Assembly: GCA_964035545.1 (NCBI GenBank)
Contig: OZ037765.1
Coordinates: forward strand, 13,340,698 to 13,404,697
DNA: 64,000 nucleotides
Source: Bugula neritina
Taxonomy: Eukaryota > Animalia > Bryozoa
Direction: 5' to 3'
The notes below the pieces were generated by a model. That model was not told the origin of the DNA. It did not search any database and saw nothing but the letters and a program-made list of their open reading frames with translations. How positions within the stretch are numbered: the stretch's first letter is position 1; every line of letters starts with the position of its first letter. The position numbers were made by a program, and so were the translations under genes. This document shows positions 12,781 to 24,613 of this stretch, one piece after another.

Positions 12781-12876
12781 CATAGTGATACTGTCATACT
12801 CATACTGATAGTCATACTGATACTGATATTGATACTCATACTCCGTCATACTCATAGTAATAGTGACACCCATACT
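12781..12876. repeat. Degenerate hexamer tract (CATACT/GATACT/CATAGT)
   Basis: catagt gatact ... catact gatagt catact gatact gatatt gatact catact. It produces the spurious ILILIL ORF at 12727-12930. Confidence 0.75.
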
Positions 12877-13614
12877 AGGCCTGGCTTAACTTTAAACTTT
12901 CTCAAGGTTGATATTCACTATTACTATTAGTATTAGTAATGCTAATACTAATAGTGTTAAGTATTCACTTTCACTTTCAGTCGCCGAGTCATCACTCATC
13001 AGTCATCAGTCAAGTCACAAGTGTCAATTTGAATTTGATTTTAAATTTTGAACATTTGCAATATTGCGGTTGTCAGTTCTAACTTAAATTGTTATCATTA
13101 CATTTATTCATAATCTATAGGTAGAGATTTAACTTTATACATAAGTTAATAATTAATTAGTTATAATAAGTTATTATAATTATTATTATTATTATTATTA
13201 CTATTAGTATTACATTTATCTGCAACTTTGTTTTCCACATAAACTGTTTAAATGGTTACGCTAAAATAAAGTTTTATATATGATAGCGGTTAATGTTTCT
13301 ACATTTCTTTTCGTTTCCGTATTTCTTTCAATGAAAATCGAGAAAAAATATTATAATATTATAGCATGAAAGCTTAGTTATTTTAAATTTCTACGGTTTA
13401 AATAAAATTATTTTCAATATTTTAGTTATTTATGTTTAGATATAACAAAAATCAATTATCATGTATTATTTGATAATAACCATAATGAAAATGTGTTTAA
13501 TAATAAGTATAACTATGATTATATTTATTGATTTTGAATTTGATGAAATTGATAGTCATAATGATAATATTAATATTAATAAATTAAATATATACTTATC
13601 CTTATAGTATACTA

Positions 13615-13920
13615 AATACTAATAGTAATACTAATAGTAATACTTAGTATCATACTAATACTTATGTTATACGATTACCAATAGTTAAAATGATAGAAAT
13701 CTTATACTTATAGTTATAGTAATTATAGTGATATGCTTATACTTACAGTTATACTTATAGTTATAGTGATACCACAGTGATGCTGAATCTGCTAATGATC
13801 CTGATCGTGACATTCATATTCATATTGATAATGAATCATAATCACTTCAAGATGATAATATTCATATTGATGTTCATGTTGAAATTCATAACCAGATGAT
13901 GATTATAATGATTATGATCG
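13615..13920. repeat. Degenerate hexamer tract (AATAGT/AATACT/TATAGT/CATATT/GATAAT)
   Basis: aatact aatagt aatact aatagt; tatact tatagt tatagt; gatcct gatcgt gacatt catatt catatt gataat. Confidence 0.7.
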
Positions 13921-15289
13921 CACGCTCAATGGAGTAATAAAAGTCTACATATTGCAATAGATAATTATTTTAATATAATAAATTTATTAATATAGATATG
14001 TATTAGTATTTATTTTACTGTAATATCAACGACATTAATAATGACATAATCATAATGTATGTGCAATTATCCCGCTACCCGAACAGGTGAGAATAGAGAA
14101 AAATATATGCAATTAATGAATTATATTTATTATCATGACTGCAATATTATTGCTTCAACACTTGGCACTTTTTCTCGACACAAAACCTTTTAGCCCTTTT
14201 TATGCTACAGTTATTCAGTCAGAATTTTACATAATTCAATATCGGAAATGAAAGTCCTCTTTTTATACTTATATTTTAATGTAACGTCACACGTCTCTTA
14301 TTTTGCCAACATAATAGTGATGGATCATCATCGTGATCATGGGGCATGAAATTTAGTCTCAAGCTGTTGTTTTTTATTTAATGAAATGATTCTGTTTCAG
14401 TTAGAATTACATTATCTTATATTGATATCAACATCTAAGATTTTTTGTCTTAGTTATCAGGCTAAATTGGAGCGAAAATTTAAAGGCAAGCAAATTCAGA
14501 GCATAGTTGTATTGAACACATAATCATAAACGATAAATTTTTTTGAACGTCTCATCGAATAAAGTTTCTTGCCAATTATCTTTTCTACCAGGCTGCAGCA
14601 TCAGGATCAGCTTACCCAAATTATTTAAAGACAGGTGTGTGCAAAAAATCTGCTTTAAAATGTATACGATTTACTGAGTTTAACACTGTATTTAAGCTGT
14701 AGCCATTTAGTTTCTGGAGATTTCAATATTGCATAAGTGTCATCAGGTAGCCTTGCTTTAACTTGGCATTGGTTTAAATTGAAGTCAATTCAATTTTTAT
14801 GATGTGACTTGTTTAGGTATGACTTGACTCGCTGTGAGTTTCACTCAGCTTTGTTGTTACTAAACATTGTGCTATCAATAGATTTCTTGATTGCTTGTTT
14901 GCCTACAGATATTTATTAAACTATTCATTGATTCATGTTTACCAATGATTAGTTATTCTCAATATAGCAATGTTCATGTGATAATGTGATAGTCTAATGA
15001 TTAGATGTTACTTAAAGTTGCTTTTTATAAGGTTGTTCATTTTACTTGTAACTGTCAAGTACAAAAAGTACATTTGTGAATGCCATATAGTTTGAAGTGT
15101 AAGCAAGCTTGAAAATTTTGTCAATCTGAAAGATAATTTAGTACAATTTGTCTTGATCTAATTATTTTTTGCAGGTTTTAATGTCAAAATACAATATCTG
15201 TATCATTTTAGCTAGTTTAGATTGAATAATTCTCTATATGTATGCATAATGCTTTGAATAGTATATTTATTTTTGTTTAGATAAGGGCT

Positions 15290-18200
15290 ATGGCTCAAAC
15301 TGTAGCTCTGATGGTTGCAGAAAAGCCTAGCCTGGCATTAGCCTTGGCTAAAATCTTAGCTGGTGGCACTGGCCTGTCTTCTAGAAAAGGCTCTAATGGA
15401 GCATGCTCCGTTCATGAATGGAGCGGACGGTTCCGTGGTGAAAATGTTGATTTCAAGATGACGTCTGTGTGTGGTCATGTCATGACTTGTGATTTTCCTC
15501 CAAAATATAATAATTGGGACAAAGTTGATCCTGTAAGCTTTAATTAAACTCTAACTACTGTAAAATGTATCAGTAATGTTTTCAATTTTAGTTAAATAAG
15601 GCAGAAATTATTTTTGAGTTCTAGTTGGGGTTTGTGATAGATTGGAAAAAGTTCAAATTTTTCACTTGTTTAACTTTGATAGTAGTTATTATCTTGTGCT
15701 GTTGGGATTTTAATTTGCTTAACATTTTATGATGATTCTTACATTTTGAATTACAGAGCTGAATAATCTGAGAACGTTAATCTTTTTTGTGTTTCCTGTA
15801 TTTTTAATGTTAGTTGGTTGGTAAATATGTTTTAAAACTGTTGGATTTTTTATTAGTTGATATAGATGTATACCAATCAAAGCTGTTGTGCGAAGGTAAA
15901 ACCCATTGGCATAAATGTTATTAGTTAATAATATAATACATACATTCATATTGTGCTATGTATCTTGTTTTATGCTATGATTGAAGGTAGAGCTGTTTCT
16001 TGCTGAAACACTAAAAAAAGAGGCTACAGAGAAACTGCATATGCCTCAGTTCTTGGCAAAGGAAGGCAGGGGTGTGGATTACTTGATCCTCTGGCTAGAC
16101 TGTGATAAAGAAGGGGAGAATATCTGCTTTGAAGTGATTGATTGCATTAAACCTGTCATGAAAAAAAGAACTGGGCAGGTATTACAGTAGAAGACTGCCA
16201 ATCTGCAGCTAGTAGTATGTAAATAGAAGTTTTTGAAATATAGCAGCTCAATAATTTTAGTCTGAGTTTTTATATGAAAAATATCATCAAATTAATGTAT
16301 ATTTATATTTCATTTTCTTTTGCTATAAGTGTTTATCTACTCAAGGTATTGTGATTGAGTAATATTTGTTAAATACTTTATTAGACTATTTTCCGGGCCA
16401 AGTTCAGTGCTATTACCGACAGAGATATCAAAGATGCAATGACCAAGCTAGTAGCTCCTAACAAAGACGAGTCTCTTTCCGTTGATGCAAGACAAGAATT
16501 AGACTTGCGTGTTGGCTGCGCCTTCACCAGATTCCAAACTAAGTTTTTTCAAGTATTTATATTTCAACCTCAAACTACTTAATCACAGTTTTTTTATCAA
16601 TTTTTAATAAATACCCAACTTATAATGGAACTTATAAGTTTCAACTTTGAACTTTCAAGCTAGCTCAGTTATTAAACTGTGTGTTGCAGCAGCTAAGAGT
16701 AACATAATGAAAGTTAGCAATAATTAGTATTAGTTTTATAATACTATAGATTTCTGGACATATTTGCACAAAATTTATTATGAAACAAAATTGTTTGAGC
16801 ATACAACTTTTAGACAGTCTGTAGAGGACAGCTAAGATATATGTATAAATATTTTAATACTGCATAGATAGTGTGCCAGGAATTTTTTAATAATAAGAAG
16901 TTTTTCTGTTGTATATTTTTGTTAATAGAGATAATTTCCAATTATAAATTTCAGGGGAAATACGGAAATTTAGACAGCACAGTTATATCATACGGGCCTT
17001 GCCAGACTCCCACCCTAGGGTTCTGTGTAGCTAGACATGATGAAATACAGTCATTTAAACCAGAATCCTATTGGGTGCTGCAGCCACAAGTGAGCCTCTA
17101 TTCTATAGTTATAAATTTATGTATTTTACCAAATATTTAACTATAGGGAAGTAAATCTGAGTCTTTACTATCAGATACAAAAAAAAACATTTTATATGCC
17201 CCTCTCCCGATGGTTATATTTATCACTTTTAACATTTTCATAAATGGCAATAGTTTTTTTGCAACGAAACAGCACTGCCAATGTTGAAACTGCATACCAT
17301 GATTTTTTTTTAATTTCAAGTACCAGACACAGTTTTTTTTATTGTTTTTTCATTTATCTTACGGTTCTACTTGGGAAATATTATCACCAATACCTGTTTT
17401 GCCTTGTTTTAGGTTACACACAATAAATCAAACATGAGTATGAAACTGGACTGGGAAAGAGTTCGAATGTTTGATAAAGACATTGCTCAAATGTTTCATA
17501 GTAACATCAGTGGAGTGAAGGAAGCCAAGTGAGCACAACTCTTTAATATGCAAACCTTCTTCAACCTTTTCACTGTCACCTACCATACTATCTACTTTCA
17601 TTACTTCTATTATTGTGTTATATTTCTTATGCTTGAATTAGCTTTTATTTTATGGGAAGAAACTGGGGAAAGCACTGTTTGTAGACATAGTGTTGTTTTA
17701 TTAATGTTATTTAAAATTCTCATTTATATCTAGCAGGGATTTGTCTTTAGGAAAATCCAAATGTGCCATCTCCAAACTTACAATTGCTTTTAAGATATCC
17801 TTTTGCATATTTATTTTAAATGCCATTCATAGTGCTTAGTTGTTTTGTGCAAATTATACTTTGTTGTATTAATCTAGTTTGGAGCATGAAAACTAGCAAT
17901 CTGGGATAAATGGGACCATTGCATTCAGTAATAGTAGTTTAGCAACCTTATGGTGGATATTATTATAGCTCAACTTTTTCCAACCACCACCTTAGTTTTG
18001 GCTGTTGGTGTGAGAGTAACAAACAAATGATTTTTTAATTTTTTTTAGTTGAGGGCAAAAACGTCTTAACCAGACAAAGCCTACAAACATGTTACATAAG
18101 AATGTTTAGTTGTCTAGCATTTTTATTTGCAGCGAAAGTTTATCTTTCCTTTTTAAAAGAAAAAACCTTTTCCGCTGCAACTTTTTTATAGAGTTTCTTT

Positions 18201-21200
18201 AGTGAGTAAGAAGGAGAAAGTAAAGCAGAGACCACAAGCCCTGAACACTGTGGAGATGCTCAGGCAGGCTAGCAGCGGGCTAGGTATGGGGCCCCAGTAC
18301 ACAATGCAAGTAGCTGAGCGTCTCTACACCCAGGGCTATATTAGCTATCCCAGGACGGAGACTAACTCATACCCTGAAAACTTTGATCTCAGGTCTGTAG
18401 GCTATGCTCTAAAGTCATTTCACACTGATGCATCGTTTTGTTATTTTAGTAAAGCAATAGTATCAGGTACTGATATATGCATAAATTGAAATGTCTTCAA
18501 TAATTGAATAGTGAGAATAAATGTTTTAATATGACTCACTTTTCTACTAGCCTTTTGCCTATAAACTATCGGTGCTCCCAGCTTTAGTGTTATAAAAGTT
18601 TATTGTACTGTGCAAAGGCTAGATTCCCTTCTATCATCACCTCATACTTCTTTTAGATGTAGTCGTTAATGCAGTAGTTTGTTTTCTATTTATCACTCTT
18701 GTTGCAATTAATCTTTATTGTGATTTAGGGGCACATTGAAGATGTTTGTCAACAACTCTGAGTTTAAAGATTGTGCTGAACTAATAAGAGATGGATTTCA
18801 GAAGCCAAGGTTAAATGTGTTATTTAATTCATTTATTGCAAACTCAACTCTGTCTGCTAGAATAATATTGTTTATGCAAGGCTTTGGTCACTGCAATGAC
18901 TGATTCATTGTATTTGCCTGTGTTACTTTAGGAAGGGCCACGACGCAGGCGACCACCCCCCTATAACGCCAATGAGAAGTGCTACTGAAGCCGAGCTAGG
19001 TCATGAAAATTTCAGGCTCTATAATTTTATTGTCAGATATTTTATAGGAACTGTAAGTTTCCAGTTTTAACATATTTCTTGCTCCTGATATTTCGAAGTT
19101 TTTTTTTGCTTTGTCAACTTTTCATTTTTTTCTAAAATCTCGTTGTCAGTCGTTGTCAGAGATCTTTTGCCAGCTAGCATTTTTTATTATCATTAGAAAG
19201 CTTTAAATCTACTGAAGTTATCTAGTGTGAAGGTACATGCATCAGGAAAATAAACTCCATGATACAGGGGGGAGGGGGGTACAATTGCCATATTAGTTCT
19301 CTATGAGAGGTTTGATTATTATGTTTCTACTTTGTGGCCACTGTTGTCTCCCAACACTTAGAATACACTTGAACACTTGTTAAAGCATCATGGTAGTTAG
19401 AATTAGTGAGCCAAGTTTTCTCGTGGTGCAACGAGGGCTGCCAGAAGATTTTTAATAGGAAGAGTTTATAATATCTGATATTTTAAATGTGGAATTGTAC
19501 TCATATATGCATATTTTCGTCGTCATGAATGACTAGGGCATATAGAATCTCTATGTAATTCCATGATACCTGTGAACTTGAAGTATTAGAAAGGAAATAG
19601 TGCAGTTTTCTGAACAGAATTTAAAATTTCTTCTTTTTTAAAGAGATTTCAAGAGTACTACTAAATTCTGCACAATAGCTACTAACTTTCCTAATAGTAT
19701 CATACATAAATGATTAAACTGCTTGATTGTAATTATTATATGCAATATACTGTAACAGTGTTTGCTGTGCAAGGCAAAATTTTCTAATGTGTAGCATACA
19801 TATCTCTCAGGAAAAAAGTAATTCTGTAAACTGGTTGTGAATTACACATTGACTTCATTGGTTTCCTATGTTCAGGTAATTTAGTAAAAGTCAGATTTTT
19901 CATTCAAGTTTTTACTGTAGGTTACACCTGATTGCAAGTATCTGCAGACTACAGGTTACCTTGAAATTGGCAAGGAAAAGTTCTCGTGCACTGGTAAGAC
20001 TCTCATTAGCCCAGGCTTTACTACAGCCATGACTTGGCAAGGTTTAGTGGAAGATGAGAGACTGCCTGAGATGGAGAAAGGGGATATCTGCAGAGTGGAT
20101 GAGGTAACTACTTTCCAACCATGTTGCCTGGTTACATCAGTTTTTTCAGTGACAGTAACTTACCACCCCATGACTCTATACTAATTCTAAACTTGCTTAG
20201 TGAAATTAATAGTAGACTGTCAATTTATAGCTCTTTTTATACTAGTAAGACCTTGTTTCAATGTGCTGTGAGTTTTGCTGATGCAAAAGGCACAAAAATA
20301 CTGCGGTGTTTTCTGTTGCTACTGTTAATGGTGCTTTTGCTTGTTTATTGTGTTAATCATAGAGCCACACAATGCGAATTTCCCACACTGGCCGAGTGTG
20401 TAAAATTTATCCAGTCCAAAAATGAGTTGTTGTGTGCCAGTTTCAGGCTAGTTTCATGCTGTCAAAAGGTTGAATGACCAGTTAGGAAGTCTGGTGCATA
20501 TTTGGTCTAATTGGCTTGCGACCATTTAATGAGCACACTTTTTGAGTTTCAAAATCCTGTTTTAATTGCCAGCGATTGATTTTATATAGCTACATCATTT
20601 ATGCTGCAGCAAAAAGATAACTTTAAGTGTAATCATAGAAAAACTCAGTCACTAGAAATTAAAAACTTGACCTTGAAACTTGAAAAGTGTGCTTGCTAGG
20701 TGTTACCAGCTAATTAGATCAAATCGCACCAACTCTCTGCACTGACTGTTCAACATTTTTCCCACATGAAATTCGCCTGAAACCCAAACACGGCAGCTCA
20801 TTTTTGGCCTATGTAGATGTTCTGCGCTTGGCCGGTGCAGGAAATCCTCACCGTGTGACCCCAACAATGCTGGTGTTTTACCACCAAAAGAGTTGAAACC
20901 TTTCATACTAGTAAACTTTCAGCAGGTTGATATTTACACCTTAGAATTTTCTACACAGCTCACTAGTTTTCTAATCTAGAATATTCTACCACCAGGTGAA
21001 ACTAGTAGAGAAGCAGACCTCCCCTCCTGAGTACCTGACAGAGAGTGAACTCATCTCCCTTATGGAGAAACACAGTATTGGCACAGACGCCTCTATCCCA
21101 GTACATATCAACAACATCTGTGAGAGAAATTACGTACAGGTTGTTGGGAGCAGCAGAAAACTTCGACCAACACCTCTGGGGATTGTTCTTGTACATGGTT

Positions 21201-24200
21201 ACCAGAAGGTATTCAACTATCTCCCACTAGTCTACCCAACATTTCAATGCTATTTAAAGCTGCACCAGATTTTGTTGCTGTATATATATTGTTTACCAGT
21301 CTTTACTTGACAGCAAATTTTGGTGTTGAGTCAGCACTGGGTTTAGTTACTTTAGGGTCCTTGTTTGTACTGCTATGTTTTTGTAATATGGCTCAAAAGC
21401 TCTATATTTCAATAATTCTCTTGTTTTGAAACTAATTTTTTCCATCCGCAATCTCATGGTTGGCCCTTCATGGTATGTATGTGTGATACTGTTATCTACA
21501 CGTAGATAGATCCAGAGCTTGTGCTGCCAACCATGCGCGCTGCTACCGAAAAGTTGCTCAACCTTATTGCTCAAGGCAAAGAGGACTTCCGAGCTGTTTT
21601 ACAGCATGTGGTTAAGACTTTCGAAATGAAATATAAATATTTTGTGAAAAACATCACTGGCATGGATGAGCTGTTTGAAGTGTCGTTCTCACCCCTAGCA
21701 TCAACTGGCAAACCTTTGTCAAGGTAAGTCAACCTTCATGAAGGTGGTACATTTCTGTCTAAGAGGAGAGGTTTACTCATTCACGTCTCTGTTTGGTTTT
21801 TCATCACTGCATTTTTCTTGTATGTGGAGTTGTAGAAATCCATGCTATTAGTCTTTAGTGTCACTTGAAAATTTTGACCCTGTTTTCAGTCACCTGTTAC
21901 TTTGTAAAAGTTTAGTTTTTTTGTTTCAAGAATTGCACAAAATTAAACTCAAAAGTGATATTTGAATATATAACATAACCAACTAGTGTAAAAAAATAGT
22001 AATTTTCAAAACTGTACTAGAAATGCACTTGGCAGTATTTTTCTAGTTGCTCCTTTTTTAATGAAAGTTTTAAATTCCTGTATCAGGATTGTAATTGGGT
22101 CATTTTACTTACTTTAGTACACACTATATATCTCTAGTTTTTAGCTATTTTGTACAGTTTGGCCGTTGATGAATATAGTTTCTTGTATTAAACTGATAAA
22201 ATATTAACAAATACAGCTGAATAAGCAAGGCTTTTTTTTTAATAATTTTGCATGATTGTCTATGTTTTATTCTAATTTTTCATTAATTTTGGTGTGCGCA
22301 CAAGATGTTTTTGTCATCACACCTGCATACTCAAGTTTACTAAAATGTTAGGATAAAACATAGAAAATCATTCAAAATTGGCAAAAAAAACCTTGCTTAT
22401 TCAGCTGTATTTGTTAATATTATATCAGTTTAATGCAAGAAACTATATTAATTAGTGGCTAAACTGCAAAATAGCTAAAAACTAAAGATATATTATAGTG
22501 TGTACTAAACTACATAAAATGATCTATTACATAGTACCATGTATACATATATCAGGTTGCTATTACATAGTAACATCTATATGTGTGTGTAGGTGTGGCC
22601 AATGTAATCGCTACATGAAGTTTGTGGACGTCAAACCAATGAGGCTGCACTGCGCCGTCTGCAATGTGACCTATAAACTCCCTCAAAATGGCCACATAAA
22701 GCTGTACCAGGAGCTCAAGTGTCCCCTGGACAACTTTGAGTTAGTCATGTGGACAACCGGAGCCAAGGGAAAGGTGGAGTTATCTGCCCTCTGTATACAG
22801 TGTGTTGTGATGCACATGCTCAGTCTCTACAGAATATATTTAAGGCTTTTATTGAAAATTCATAGTTTTCTTTCCTTGTTTGAATCCATGGCAGTCTGAT
22901 AAGCTGTATAATTCACACTTATGTGGCAACACTAGCATACCATATATCCTTGCGTAGTCAATAGTTGGTGAATGTATAAAATTAAGTTTTAGAGTTGTGA
23001 TTCCTGAACACCTAAAAATGGTTATAATGGAAAATGAAATAGCACTAATATGTTTTGGAAGCTAACACATGTTATTTAGTAATAGTTACTTTATTATAAT
23101 ATGCAGTGATTTAAATTTCATGATTTCCTAATTATTAATAATAATATAATGTGCTGTGGTTGTAGTCTCACACGATTGACACTCTTCCCATTCATCGAAT
23201 AAAAAATTCATTCGCACAATGCGAAGCTTGGAGACGTAGGGTATTGCAACTAACTTGTGACTTCTCCAGCTACTTTCATTATTATTAGTCTGAAAAAGTA
23301 GCAAAATTCATTAAGAACAAGTCATTGTGTGTGTTTTTAAGGTAATAGACACTTTTACAGTCGTATTGCTATTAAAATCTAATTAAAATGTCACAATTAT
23401 GTATCTGGAAATTATACTCTACAATTGTATGGTATATGTCAACCTATAAGCTATATACAAGCTCTCAGTTTGCAATCATATTCTTGTCATATTTTAGAGT
23501 TATCCACTCTGCCCTTATTGTTACACTAATCCACCATTTGGCGACATGAGGCCTGGATTTAGCTGTCTGGAATGCTCTCATCCAACCTGTAAACATGCTC
23601 TCTCTCAGAACGGCGTGTCCTGCTGTGTCGAGTGTGAAGACGGGCTGATGATGATTGACCGCACCTCGGCTCCGAAGTGGAAACTTGTGTGCAACAAGCA
23701 AGTGATTTACAGTGTAGTCTCAGACAGCTGCAGTAATGCTTTGTATTATACTGGATAATGCTGAGATGCATCAGTGACATTCAACATCATAAATTTTTTT
23801 TGCTATTTTTTGAAATTTTTCTTCAAGTACTGATAGATCCCAGTCTATAAGCTGTATATTGGCATTGGGCTAGAGCAGTTGTGGTCTAGGTATTGGAGCA
23901 CTGGCTTAGTAGACACAAGGTCAGGGGTTCGAATCTCAGTAAAGGCTATTGGTGATGTTAGAAAGGACATTCAGTCATAATTGCTCCTTTTCCACAATAG
24001 AAAACAAGTCCTTCGCCTGCTTAAAAACCCCTTTCCATCAAGGTTTCCCACAAGAGGGCAACTATGAACCCACACGAGATTTTTTGACGTAGTAATGTAT
24101 CTCAAACATGTAAACATGTAAACATGTTTCAATTTATTTCAGATGTAATGTAGTTATTAACTTCAAAGATGAGGCTCATATACACAGGCTAGATTTGTCT

Positions 24201-24613
24201 GAAGAGCAGTGTGGACAGTGCGAGGCAACTTACTTACATGTCATCTTTCATAAGGTAGGTTGGACACCCACTGTACACTTCATGTTACTACATTAAACTG
24301 CTCTACTGTATTCACTGCAAATATCAGAGTGCTGATCCTTCACTAATTGCAGCACACTGCATATGACAAGATTCCAACCTGTATACGACATGTAATGCTG
24401 TTTTAACTTCCTTTCACTCAGGACAAGACACCACTAGCTGACGGCATTACAGAATATACTGGCTGCCTGTTCTGTGACCAGACTCTCAAGCAGTATGTGG
24501 CTCTGCATCATGCTCAGATGAGAATCAAAACTTCGTCGAGGGGGCGGGGCCGTGGTAGAGGTCGTGGTAAAGGGAGAAGAGGTCGAGGTGGTAGAGGAAG
24601 TAGAGGCACATAG
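15290..24613 (+). CDS. TOP3B: DNA topoisomerase III beta, ~851 aa; exons 15290-15532, 15987-16178, 16385-16552, 16955-17089, 17413-17528, 18192-18392, 18729-18809, 18932-19052, 19921-20103, 20996-21208, 21506-21723, 22593-22773, 23498-23697, 24143-24254, 24422-24613
   Basis: TOPRIM motifs LMVAEKPS and [11 protein letters not shown]; [12 protein letters not shown]; catalytic [10 protein letters not shown]; [12 protein letters not shown]; [11 protein letters not shown]; C-terminal CxxC zinc ribbons and an RG/RGG tail. Exons total 2556 nt in frame. Confidence 0.97.
22113..22509. mobile_element. Foldback/MITE-like element with long inverted arms in the TOP3B intron 21724-22592
   Basis: The left arm tttagtacacactata...aacaaatacagctgaataagcaagg...tatgttttat is the near-perfect reverse complement of the right arm ataaaacata...ccttgcttattcagctgtatttgtt...tatagtgtgtactaaa over at least ~160 bp. 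Confidence 0.85.
23871..24075 (+). mobile_element. tRNA-derived SINE in the TOP3B GC-AG intron
   Basis: A-box-like GTGGTCTAGGTATTGG and B-box GGTTCGAATCTC, followed by GGTGATGTTAGAAAGGACATTCAGTCATAA, which resembles the AGGAAGGGCATCCGG conserved central domain of metazoan SINEs (recalled, not searched). The 3' boundary is approximate. Confidence 0.65.

Noticed and set aside
20121-20906. Intronic ORFs of 118 and 67 aa in TOP3B
   Set aside because: No recognisable domain; possibly decayed repeat sequence, but I cannot support a transposase call.
24104-24129. p53-like response element (AAACATGT x3)
   Set aside because: The 8-bp period does not fit tandem 10-bp half-sites; a simple slippage repeat is more likely.
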